From a virus, in the IMG/VR virus record IMGVR_UViG_3300033512_000345, positions 1 to 64,000 of that record: a stretch of 64,000 bases of DNA; one strand, given 5' to 3'. A model generated the notes under the pieces. It was given only the letters and a program-made list of their open reading frames with translations. It was not told where the DNA came from and did not search any database. A program made the translations under genes and the position numbers. Below, one piece after another: positions 9,188 through 17,475 of the stretch. Every line of letters starts with the position of its first letter. Position 1 is the stretch's first letter.

Positions 9188-9903
9188 GATTCGTACCTCC
9201 CAATCGTTTGATCATATTTGCATTCGGTATTTTCACAGCAGCGGTGTTCGACGCCATCTTTGATGATGACGACTGTTTCTCCGCCACACTTGGCACAAGG
9301 ATGGTCAAAAACGAAGAACTCCATGGGGGCTGACCATGCCATCCCCCATTTGAACAAAGACGTCGTATTCAAACATTTGGGACAGAACCCATCGATCTCT
9401 GTCGTCCCTTCAAGTTGAACCGTTTCGGCGGCGATGTCGTCTTTGTGGTCTTCATAACGAAACCCACTAATGGACAATCCTTTTCTTGACCTGGAAATGG
9501 AACGGTCTCCGTCTAACTCCCGGAAGACGACATCCCCATTGACGCTCATGACCTCGGATTGTCCACAAGTGGGACAACGAAAGGCCGTGAACCTCATGGG
9601 TTTTCCGTCTACGGTTTTGGCTAGAAGCTCTCCGTTTTCATCTTTCCAAGACAGGGTTTCCGTCTTCTTGTCGAAGTTCGGCAGTCGTTGGCGGATGATT
9701 TCCCGTTCAGGTTCAGGTTCGATTTCTCGAGGAGGAAACTGAAGGGTCTTGTTCGTCGGAGCCTTGACATGGATTTCTTCTTGTTCGGAAGCCATTTCAA
9801 AGTCATCGATCATGAAGGCAGGGCCTGACTCTGAAGAGAAAGGCCGAATACCGGAAGCAAAACCGATGAATCCATGTTCATTGTAAATAGGAAATCTAGT
9901 CAT
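9184..9903 (-). CDS. hypothetical multi-zinc-ribbon protein
   Basis: 239 aa with CPTCGQ, CPKC and CAKCGG...C.N..C. RBS AGGAGGA. Confidence 0.7.
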   Translation of the reverse strand: MTRFPIYNEHGFIGFASGIRPFSSESGPAFMIDDFEMASEQEEIHVKAPTNKTLQFPPREIEPEPEREIIRQRLPNFDKKTETLSWKDENGELLAKTVDGKPMRFTAFRCPTCGQSEVMSVNGDVVFRELDGDRSISRSRKGLSISGFRYEDHKDDIAAETVQLEGTTEIDGFCPKCLNTTSLFKWGMAWSAPMEFFVFDHPCAKCGGETVVIIKDGVEHRCCENTECKYDQTIGRYES

Positions 9904-9921
9904 AAGATTCCTCCTGGAATG

Positions 9922-9951
9922 AACAGGGGAAGGAAAATCCCTTCCCCTGTT
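9922..9951 (-). terminator. 12-bp hairpin; a terminator-like U-tract is present only for the plus-strand sense
   Basis: AACAGGGGAAGG-AAAATC-CCTTCCCCTGTT. On the coding (minus) strand no U-tract follows, so it may be a stabiliser or a block to antisense transcription. Confidence 0.4.
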
Positions 9952-10056
9952 TCTTTACTTAGGCTTTTTCTTTCCGGGTTTCTTTTTTGTTCCACATTTA
10001 GCCACTATAGCGTTCCTCCTTGAATAAATATCAGATTGTTGTCCGAAAATATCCTA

Positions 10057-10737
10057 TCAAAGCGTTGAGTCTTCGTCTATGGTAGTTTTCTGCGAAGCAG
10101 CCATAACCTTAGATACATCTCCATGAAGAACGACCACATAGGCTTTGTCTGCAACAGCCAACAGGTTGTCGTTGTGTGTCACCATGATGGTTTGACGACC
10201 AAATGACACGCAGAGCTGTTTGACGAACTCTGCGAATTTCACAGATGCTGCTTCGGATATCATCTTGCCTGGTTCATCCATGCCCAGAGACCCTTTGATG
10301 GCTGGATCATTGAAGAGTTCCAGATAGGCAAACCGAAGTGTGGCAGCAATGATGTCGACGAGACCTCCCCCGCATTCTTCTTTCGGATCCTGACGGGAAG
10401 GTTTGCCGTTGATGGTGCTGACAAGGTAAAAGGTTGCGTCGGGCTTTCCTCGAAGCTCCTGCAGTTCGATTTCGAAAGTGTAAGCCACTCCCGTAACGTA
10501 CTGCAAAGCATCTGTCACGATTTGCTCGAGATACACCTTGGCTCTTGAACGGGCATCTTTTGCTGTTTCCTGCAGGAGAAAGCTCGTCTTAGTCTTGAGG
10601 TCAATGCCGGTATCCAGGTTCGCTATGGCCACCAATTTGGCGTCATGCTCCCTCTGGATGTTCTGTTTGATTCCCTCTCGCATGTTGTACCGACTCCAAC
10701 CTTCGTTGAGTCGGGTTCTGTAGATGGAACAATTCAT
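10057..10737 (-). CDS. Rad50/SbcC-like ATPase, C-terminal half only
   Basis: 226 aa. Signature-like CGGGLVD, Walker B SLGMDEPG and H-loop IMVTHN, with no Walker A. RBS AAGGAGGAG. Confidence 0.75.
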   Translation of the reverse strand: MNCSIYRTRLNEGWSRYNMREGIKQNIQREHDAKLVAIANLDTGIDLKTKTSFLLQETAKDARSRAKVYLEQIVTDALQYVTGVAYTFEIELQELRGKPDATFYLVSTINGKPSRQDPKEECGGGLVDIIAATLRFAYLELFNDPAIKGSLGMDEPGKMISEAASVKFAEFVKQLCVSFGRQTIMVTHNDNLLAVADKAYVVVLHGDVSKVMAASQKTTIDEDSTL

Positions 10738-10749
10738 GTTTACTCCTCC

Positions 10750-11190
10750 TTAAGGCCTCTTCGTCGGAGGAGGCATGTCGTCGAACAGAGAGTCCAACGG
10801 GTCTGTGGTGGACGTCTGTACTGGGATTTCAATGTCGTCGGGGACAGAGAACTCTGCCGAAGGCACTTCAACCTCGAGAACGGCATCTACCTTCTGCGGG
10901 AAGATCTTGTCGAGGTGGACGGTTCCATTGTCATCGGGAAGGGCTGCATCGAGAAGAGCCAGGGCTTTGTCCATTTCCACCTGACGGTCCAGAATGTATT
11001 GCGGAAGCTTGTCAGGATCAAGTCCTGCTGCCTTGATCTTGGCAATCAGTTCGGCTTCGGACTTCTCGAGTTGTTCCAGTTTTGCCTCGCCCTTGATTCG
11101 AATGTCTCGAACCTCTTGTGCCTTGGCTTTTCTGGCCTTGATGTCGGTTTCGTATTTGCTGATCTTGTCGAATACAGGTTCCTGGCTCAT
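10750..11190 (-). CDS. coiled-coil protein between the two Rad50 halves
   Basis: Start trimmed to ATG at 11190 (GGAAGGAGG RBS, ATGA overlap with the upstream stop). About 55 aa of heptad-like KAKAQEVRDIRIKGEAKLEQLEKSEAELIAKIK, then an acidic tail containing DPLDSLF. Confidence 0.65.
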   Translation of the reverse strand: MSQEPVFDKISKYETDIKARKAKAQEVRDIRIKGEAKLEQLEKSEAELIAKIKAAGLDPDKLPQYILDRQVEMDKALALLDAALPDDNGTVHLDKIFPQKVDAVLEVEVPSAEFSVPDDIEIPVQTSTTDPLDSLFDDMPPPTKRP

Positions 11191-13532
11191 ACGGCCTCCT
11201 TCCCGATCATGTGATCGATGTGCTGCTCTGTCAGGTTGTTTCCGCAGGTAGGGCAGGTTCCAATGGAAACCAGCCAATCTGCGAACTCCTTTTGAGATGT
11301 GACAAGTGCTTTATCGCACTGTGCTTCCAGCACAATGGAGTTCTCAACGGCATTGAATGCCAGTTGACGACTGGATTGTGCCAGACGAAGTTGTTTCAGG
11401 TACCCAACTGAAGACTCGAGAGCTTGTCGTTTCTGTTCGGTCTGGACAAGCAATTGCTCGACCCCCTCGTAATCGATCTTGATGATCTTTTCCTGGACGT
11501 CTTTGATCTCCAAAAGAATGGAGCGTCTTTTATGCTGAAAAGAGAATGCTTCAGCAATCTTGACCTGAGTCTTTTCAAGAGACTCAATGAGACGATTCAA
11601 GAAGGCTTCATTGGGGATGTACTGGAGAGTCTCAATGGCCCGGGCTTTTGCTGACTCAATGCGAGCCTTTTGGTCGATGGTCTTCTTGATGAAGTTCATA
11701 AACCGAACGTCTCTCTCGAGCTGTTCCAACTGAGGAAGCTGAAGATCATCTCTTGGCATGGCAGAGAGCTTCGATCGAATCTCCTGCTTTTGTCTTTGGG
11801 TTTCCTGAAGAGAAGTCAAAAGCCATGATGCGGTTTCGATCTTTTCCTGAAGCTTCTCTGTGGCCTCGAGCAAAAGCTGCATGCGATCGAGAGCTAGTTT
11901 GATCTTGGGCTGGTCGTCATAGAATGCCAGTTCCTTGACCTTCTGCTCCTTTTCAGATTCGAGTCGGGTCTTGTCTTTGGAGTCGGCTTTTAGAGATCGA
12001 TTGACCTCCTGGATGGCGTCATCTACAACCTGAACCCCGATCAGACGTCCGATGGCCGCGGCACGCTGGCTTCCCATTGCTCCAATAAGGAACGGAGGGT
12101 CCAACTGTTCTGCCATGGAAAGGTTCTGTTCGAAGTCCTTGGCCAGATAGACTTTGGGTTTTTGGTGAACGTTCGTGACTTCAATGGGAACTTCGTTTCC
12201 AAAGCCTTTGAAGTCTTGGACGACACCATTTGGATCAATGACTTTGTATGTTCCTGCAGAAGATCGATCTCTTTCCCGGACGATAGACCATCCGGAAGAA
12301 TAAGTCACACGAACCTTGGCTCGAGCAGAACCAGTACGGATGATGGAATCTCCACGAGGGTCGTTGTACTCCGCCCAGCGGATGGCTCGAAGGATGGCTG
12401 TCTTGCCGTGGTTGGATTCTCCAATCAAGGCATTGAGTCCTTGTTGAAACTGAATGACAGAATGAGAATGAGACTGAAAGTTCTCAATTTCAACCTCTGT
12501 AATCCAGACATGGATAGGAGATTCAACATATCCTTTGAGAGTTGGACAGGAATTCTGCACATTCTGTTCCGCTGCCGTAATGGCATTTTGAGCCTCCGTC
12601 AGAATAGAAACAGGCAACCCGGTGTCCTGTACGATTTTGGCCATCAACTGATGAATGGTCATCGGACCGGCGGCGGGGCCTCCGGATTGCAACTGTGCCT
12701 TGAAGTTGATCAATTGTTGCTGCTGGGCTGCCTGTTGAGCCTTGGATGCAAAATCAAAGATCTCTGTGGCCGGCCTTGCTGACTTCAGAGGACGTTCCGT
12801 AATCTGGACGTTTGTGATGTCAGAAGCGTCAATGATCAAGACTTTGGGAACCGTGGTCTTGTTTGCCTCGCTACGATCCAGTCTCATCAGGGAGCCGGGA
12901 TTCATGAACGTAACGCCATTGATGGTGTGGGTCGTCCATCCGGGGTGATAGTGAGCCCCAAGGACGAGGTCTGCCAATGTATGAACATCTTTGGTGACAG
13001 CATGTGGAACCGTGGGAAGATAAGGCCTCTCCATGAGCATGTCGTGAATGATCTGAATCTGGTAGTCACAATGGGCGTCCCGAGGTCTCAGATAGTCAAA
13101 AGTACTTGTCAGAGAGTGTTCTTCTCCAATGACCTGAAGAAAAGCCGATTTCCCCTTGATGTCTTCATACTCAAGATCAAGAGTGTCCCCTCCTCGAGTG
13201 AGAAGTTGGACGACGCCTGTCGCATGAAGATTTCCAAGAGAAGTTTGATCGATCGTATCCAGGTTGTAGCCGTAGAGATCATGAGAACCCGGCACCACAT
13301 AAATGGGCACATCCCAGTCTCTCATGACGCGAGCCATCAAATTGGAATACTTCAGAGAAATCTTGGCAACATTGAACAAGTCTCCGCCGATAAGGACGTG
13401 ATTGATCTTTTGTTCCTGAATAATCCGTCCGATTTCTTGAAACTTTCGATAGGCTGCCACGGCATAGTTATCCAGACGGCCAATCGGGTTCTTAGCTGTC
13501 AAATGGGGATCGGTAAAATAGAGTAATTTCAT
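11187..13532 (-). CDS. Mre11/SbcD nuclease fused to the Rad50/SbcC N-terminal ATPase half, coiled coil and zinc hook
   Basis: 781 aa. Phosphoesterase motifs FTDPHL, GGDLF, GSHD and GAHYH; then Walker A GESNHGKT; about 300 aa of coiled coil; CPTCGN 20 aa from the C-terminus. Confidence 0.85.
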   Translation of the reverse strand: MKLLYFTDPHLTAKNPIGRLDNYAVAAYRKFQEIGRIIQEQKINHVLIGGDLFNVAKISLKYSNLMARVMRDWDVPIYVVPGSHDLYGYNLDTIDQTSLGNLHATGVVQLLTRGGDTLDLEYEDIKGKSAFLQVIGEEHSLTSTFDYLRPRDAHCDYQIQIIHDMLMERPYLPTVPHAVTKDVHTLADLVLGAHYHPGWTTHTINGVTFMNPGSLMRLDRSEANKTTVPKVLIIDASDITNVQITERPLKSARPATEIFDFASKAQQAAQQQQLINFKAQLQSGGPAAGPMTIHQLMAKIVQDTGLPVSILTEAQNAITAAEQNVQNSCPTLKGYVESPIHVWITEVEIENFQSHSHSVIQFQQGLNALIGESNHGKTAILRAIRWAEYNDPRGDSIIRTGSARAKVRVTYSSGWSIVRERDRSSAGTYKVIDPNGVVQDFKGFGNEVPIEVTNVHQKPKVYLAKDFEQNLSMAEQLDPPFLIGAMGSQRAAAIGRLIGVQVVDDAIQEVNRSLKADSKDKTRLESEKEQKVKELAFYDDQPKIKLALDRMQLLLEATEKLQEKIETASWLLTSLQETQRQKQEIRSKLSAMPRDDLQLPQLEQLERDVRFMNFIKKTIDQKARIESAKARAIETLQYIPNEAFLNRLIESLEKTQVKIAEAFSFQHKRRSILLEIKDVQEKIIKIDYEGVEQLLVQTEQKRQALESSVGYLKQLRLAQSSRQLAFNAVENSIVLEAQCDKALVTSQKEFADWLVSIGTCPTCGNNLTEQHIDHMIGKEAV

Positions 13533-13562
13533 AGCAACAACTCCAGTCTGTGGAAACAGAGG

Positions 13563-13895
13563 CTATGCCGGTAAAACCGGAACGCCCAATTCATCCACAA
13601 GGGTGAGAACAGATTGAACTTTTACAGGATATTCTTCTACGTCTGCAAAGGTAAAAGAAGCTCCCTTGATCGGATTGCAGGTGACGCCAGTAACACGAGC
13701 GGACTCTTTGAAGATGCCGTCTTCGTAGATTTTGATCTGGCGACCGATATAGTTGGCCATCAAAGACAAGTCAATTTTCAACGCTTCCTTGTCCCATTCA
13801 GCCATGACGATTCCGTTGACGATGATTTGATTGACGTGATAGGCTCCATCTCCCGGAGTTTGCTCATCTGTAAGCAAGTGAACTTCAATTTTCAT
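13563..13895 (-). CDS. hypothetical protein, possible tandem paralogue of 13885..14190
   Basis: Start trimmed to ATG at 13895 (AGGAGA RBS). IIVNGIVMAEWDKEALKIDL...YIG aligns loosely with IIINNRTVAKYNKALELTDL...HIG. Confidence 0.6.
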   Translation of the reverse strand: MKIEVHLLTDEQTPGDGAYHVNQIIVNGIVMAEWDKEALKIDLSLMANYIGRQIKIYEDGIFKESARVTGVTCNPIKGASFTFADVEEYPVKVQSVLTLVDELGVPVLPA

Positions 13896-14190
13896 TGGTT
13901 GTCTCCTGTGGAACCGGGCCAAGATTCATGACATGCCCAATGGTTCCGTCTGCTTGTGTGACGCGATCAATCTTTGTCAGAATGGCCTTGTGGCTATACT
14001 GCTTTTTATCAAAGACATAGATCGTTTCTCCGATGTGATCCTCGAGACAGGTCAGGTCAGTCAACTCAAGGGCTTTGTTGTACTTGGCTACAGTTCTGTT
14101 GTTGATAATAATATTGTCAATAATGGTTTGCGGTCGAAGGAAACCTTTTTCGTCTTTGATCTTGATAGTTTTCTTATGCATTTCGATCAC
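13885..14190 (-). CDS. hypothetical protein
   Basis: GTG start 8 nt after AGGAGG. 101 aa. Confidence 0.6.
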   Translation of the reverse strand: MIEMHKKTIKIKDEKGFLRPQTIIDNIIINNRTVAKYNKALELTDLTCLEDHIGETIYVFDKKQYSHKAILTKIDRVTQADGTIGHVMNLGPVPQETTNEN

Positions 14191-14223
14191 AGCATTGACC
14201 TCCTGTATGGCATTATCCCTATT

Positions 14224-14232
14224 ATTGTATCA
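14224..14232 (-). promoter_or_regulatory. candidate extended -10 element TGATACAAT
   Basis: It sits just downstream of the dut terminator and upstream of the 14190 start, next to the inverted repeat ATTGTT-N2-AACAAT. Confidence 0.35.
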
Positions 14233-14260
14233 TATTGTTACAACAATGACGAGATTATAG

Positions 14261-14292
14261 ACAAAAGAATGGGGAGGATTTCTCCTCCCCAT
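14261..14292 (-). terminator. rho-independent terminator after dut
   Basis: ATGGGGAGGA-GAAA-TCCTCCCCAT (10 bp), followed by UCUUUUGU on the minus strand. Confidence 0.7.
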
Positions 14293-14302
14293 GTTTCTGG
14301 AT

Positions 14303-14794
14303 TTAATGCGTACCAGAGTGACCCCATCCATTAGCTCCTCGATTTGATGGTCTGAGTTCTGGAACCCATTGCCAAGTTACTTCGGCATAAGGAGAAACAA
14401 CCATTTGTGCTACACGAGTACGGGCCTTGAGTTTCTTAGGAAGAAAACCAATGCGATACATTAGCACACTGACAACTCCACGATAGTTGCAATCGATGGT
14501 TCCTTCGATAACAACATTTCCCTTGCTCGACTCGCCAGAACGACCAACGACTCGACCAAAGAATCCTTCCGGAAGTTCAATCATGGCATTGGTCTGAACC
14601 TTTGTTACACGGAATGGCCAGATCCATTTGTCCTCTGTGATATACAGATCGTATCCAGCATCCCCTTCGGAATGTTTGAAAACGGAGTCAAAACGAGAAA
14701 CCCCTTCTGGCCCTGGCATATTTTCCGTGAACCAGGCTTGTATGTTACGAGGGAAAAAATTCTCTTGAACGGCGTAATCGTGTCTTTTCATCAT
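14303..14794 (-). CDS. dut: trimeric dUTPase
   Basis: Motifs GDAGYDLY, GRSGES, GTIDCNYRG, RVAQMV and C-terminal RGANGWGHSG. Confidence 0.9.
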   Translation of the reverse strand: MMKRHDYAVQENFFPRNIQAWFTENMPGPEGVSRFDSVFKHSEGDAGYDLYITEDKWIWPFRVTKVQTNAMIELPEGFFGRVVGRSGESSKGNVVIEGTIDCNYRGVVSVLMYRIGFLPKKLKARTRVAQMVVSPYAEVTWQWVPELRPSNRGANGWGHSGTH

Positions 14795-15339
14795 TTCTTC
14801 ACCATGACAAGGCGAACTGCAGCAAGTGCTTCTGTGATTGTAACTTCTTTGAAGCTTGGCTTGTTGGTGCCTTCTTTCTTGATTTTTCGTGTCAATTCTG
14901 GAAGAGTAATCGCTTCCAGTTTTGCAGTTTTAATGGCATTTTCCAGGATAACCAAAGCTTCTTGCACTGTAAAAGTTTTTGGAAGCTTCTGTGCTGCCAA
15001 CATGTTTTGGCCAGCAGGCTTGTAAGAACTACTGATAGAGCAGGTTGGCTTGGGCTTGTCTTGAGGGATGGACTTGTCGTAGTTGATTTCGAAACGCATA
15101 CCAAACTGTTTGACCTGATCGGCCTCGAGCATGGATGCGAATTCTGCAATCACTTCGGCATTGTTCAGGCAGTATTCCGGCTTCAATGCCGGGAGGTTTT
15201 CTTCCAGTTCGAAATCCATGAAGTATTCGCCCTGGTGGCCACTTGTCTTGCGTTCCTCGATGCTGAACCTTTTCAGTTTTCCGTCCTTGACGTTCTGAAT
15301 CAGTTCAGACAGGGTTTGCGGGTTGCATTCTCGGACCAT
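14791..15339 (-). CDS. hypothetical protein
   Basis: 182 aa. RBS TAGGAGGA. Stop overlaps the dut start. Confidence 0.7.
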   Translation of the reverse strand: MVRECNPQTLSELIQNVKDGKLKRFSIEERKTSGHQGEYFMDFELEENLPALKPEYCLNNAEVIAEFASMLEADQVKQFGMRFEINYDKSIPQDKPKPTCSISSSYKPAGQNMLAAQKLPKTFTVQEALVILENAIKTAKLEAITLPELTRKIKKEGTNKPSFKEVTITEALAAVRLVMVKK

Positions 15340-15351
15340 GAATGGATCCTC

Positions 15352-16098
15352 CTATTCTTCGATAGTATAAACGGTGGCTCTTTTTCCGTTGACGACCGTA
15401 CAGAGTTTCGCATAGTACGAACCTCCGGGAGCGTCTTCTCCCATGAACAAATCTAGGTGTTTTCCTTTAACTCCTCCGCCTACATCTACGGCCGTCCAGA
15501 TTCCTGTTAGATCAACGATATTTCCATCAATCATTTCAAGATACCGGATTTCTTGTGGGAAATCAACATATACGCTGGTTCCCAATGGAATCACGGTGGG
15601 ATCTACTGCCATCAAACGATGAGAGGCATTGAGGCCAACCAGATCGGTTCCGTTTTTCGTGATGCCATAAGCCGGATGAGACGGAGCCTTTCCACAGGAA
15701 TCAACTGACAAGTCGTAACCTGTCAGAAGGAAGGAACCAAGAGAAACTCCTCTCCCTTGACTCCCTCGACTGACTTCACTGGCATCTTCTGGAGCAGGAG
15801 ACGCTTTGACTGCAGGTGTGGGTTCCGGTGTTGATGTTGCCGGCTCCGGAGTCTGAGTCGGAACAGGAGTTGTGACGACTGGCATGGAGGTAGGAACAAC
15901 AAGAACCGGAACAAGAACAGGGGTTTGTAATGGAGCATATGCTTGAGAAGATGAATCCGTAACAAGACTGGATTCGGGGGCTGTTACCGATGTCGAAGCC
16001 GCCGGACTTACCATCGCCACGACAATCAGGATAGCCAACACGATAAAATATATCCCGTAGGCGATCCGATGGAACTCTCCTGAATTCAATTCTTTCAC
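15352..16098 (-). CDS. membrane-anchored 3D-domain (MltA/RlpA-like double-psi barrel) protein
   Basis: N-terminal TM helix, a Pro/Thr/Val-rich linker, then GYDLSVDSCGK...AVDPTVIPLGT.VYV...AVDVGGGVKGKHLDLF. GTG start. Confidence 0.8.
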   Translation of the reverse strand: MKELNSGEFHRIAYGIYFIVLAILIVVAMVSPAASTSVTAPESSLVTDSSSQAYAPLQTPVLVPVLVVPTSMPVVTTPVPTQTPEPATSTPEPTPAVKASPAPEDASEVSRGSQGRGVSLGSFLLTGYDLSVDSCGKAPSHPAYGITKNGTDLVGLNASHRLMAVDPTVIPLGTSVYVDFPQEIRYLEMIDGNIVDLTGIWTAVDVGGGVKGKHLDLFMGEDAPGGSYYAKLCTVVNGKRATVYTIEE

Positions 16099-16110
16099 AT
16101 CCTTTGTGTT

Positions 16111-16767
16111 TTATTTAGTTTCAAGCCACTGGATGATTTGATCGGCTTCGACGGGGGTCGTTTCTCTGAGGTCGAGCTTTCCGGTCAGTTCCGTGAGCTT
16201 GCTGCGTCCTTCGTCTTTAGAGACTCCTTTGGCCTTCATCAGGCCTGAAATCTTGTTGATCTGAACAGCAGTAATTTTTGGAAGTTCGACAACACTGTCG
16301 ATTTCCTCAATAGTTGTCATGCCGATGTTTGTGTAATTACGAAGAACACGTCCTAAAGCTCGAGTTTCGGCCATGCGGATATAATGAACCGCAATGGCGG
16401 GAGTGGAAATGTTCTTGGCATTCGCATCGCCATGAGCTGAATAAGTAGCTGAAACAATCTTGTTTTCAACAGGGTCCCAAGAATAGCCATGAACCGTGGC
16501 TTTCAAGATCGCGGTCATCTCGTTGTCCTTGTTGGGGAACTGTACGATGTCGATCACGATATCTCGGATTCCCTTGTGGTTTCCCAGGGCAAGCAGCCCA
16601 TTGACGGACACATACTCTTTGCCTTTGATATTGGCAATGTATGCGGCTCGAAACTCCTGAGAGAGCTGGCACTGATTATGCTTCCAGTCCCAGTTGGTGG
16701 GCAGGTTTACTTCTGGAGTTTTCGTATCGACAAGCGAATCCGAGAACCCAGCGTTTGTTTCTGCCAT
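16111..16767 (-). CDS. possible Rad52/Sak-like single-strand annealing protein
   Basis: YVSVNGLLALGN...GI and AHGDA...IRMAETRALGRVLRNYTNIG resemble the Rad52 YIEGHRVINLAN and EAVTDGLKRALRSFGNALG region. Similarity judged by eye only. Confidence 0.4.
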   Translation of the reverse strand: MAETNAGFSDSLVDTKTPEVNLPTNWDWKHNQCQLSQEFRAAYIANIKGKEYVSVNGLLALGNHKGIRDIVIDIVQFPNKDNEMTAILKATVHGYSWDPVENKIVSATYSAHGDANAKNISTPAIAVHYIRMAETRALGRVLRNYTNIGMTTIEEIDSVVELPKITAVQINKISGLMKAKGVSKDEGRSKLTELTGKLDLRETTPVEADQIIQWLETK

Positions 16768-16836
16768 GATGGCACCTCCTTCATTATTATACCATTCGGC
16801 TTGGAGTAGCGTCTATGACGCACTCTTCCGTTGTGG

Positions 16837-17466
16837 CTAGGGTACGGGATATTCTCCAATGTCTGTATCTGTGCTAATTTTGGAACGAGCCCCTTCTTTA
16901 AGAAACTGTTGGAGAACATTTTCAAGAAAACCAATACGGTTGGAATTTTGCTCATTTTGAGACTCTATCGTTGAGAGCCGGTATTCATGAGCCGCTAGTT
17001 TTATTTGCGTATCGTCGAAAATCTTGTCGTAAGTATCCAAAGTTCTCCACAGGCTCGAAAGAGCCTCTGCAACTTCTGCGATGCTTTCAGGGGAATGCAG
17101 GGCCGCGATATTCTTGAGCTTTTCTGCTTGAAGCTGAATGATCTCAAGAGCCTGCCTGTATTTTTCCTTGAACTGAGACACTTCATCCAGAATATCGGCC
17201 AGTTGTTCTCTTTCTCCTCTGCTGTCAATAATTGCAGAGATATTAGAGTCTGGAATTGTTCCCAAACTTGTCCACTGAAAAGGTGGAACATTGCTGTCGA
17301 CAACATTGTAGTCAAAATGTTGGATAGATGGACGAAGTTCAATTTCATTTCCAGAAGCGTCTATTACCTTCGGATTTCCTCCGGCTTCTTGCAGGAATGA
17401 ATAAAGAGCACTTCGAGGCTTCCTCGTGTCTTTTGTTCCTTCAGAAGGCGTATTTACAGTTGTCAT
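16837..17466 (-). CDS. hypothetical coiled-coil protein
   Basis: 209 aa. RBS TAGGAGG. Confidence 0.7.
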   Translation of the reverse strand: MTTVNTPSEGTKDTRKPRSALYSFLQEAGGNPKVIDASGNEIELRPSIQHFDYNVVDSNVPPFQWTSLGTIPDSNISAIIDSRGEREQLADILDEVSQFKEKYRQALEIIQLQAEKLKNIAALHSPESIAEVAEALSSLWRTLDTYDKIFDDTQIKLAAHEYRLSTIESQNEQNSNRIGFLENVLQQFLKEGARSKISTDTDIGEYPVP

Positions 17467-17475
17467 TCAAACCTC

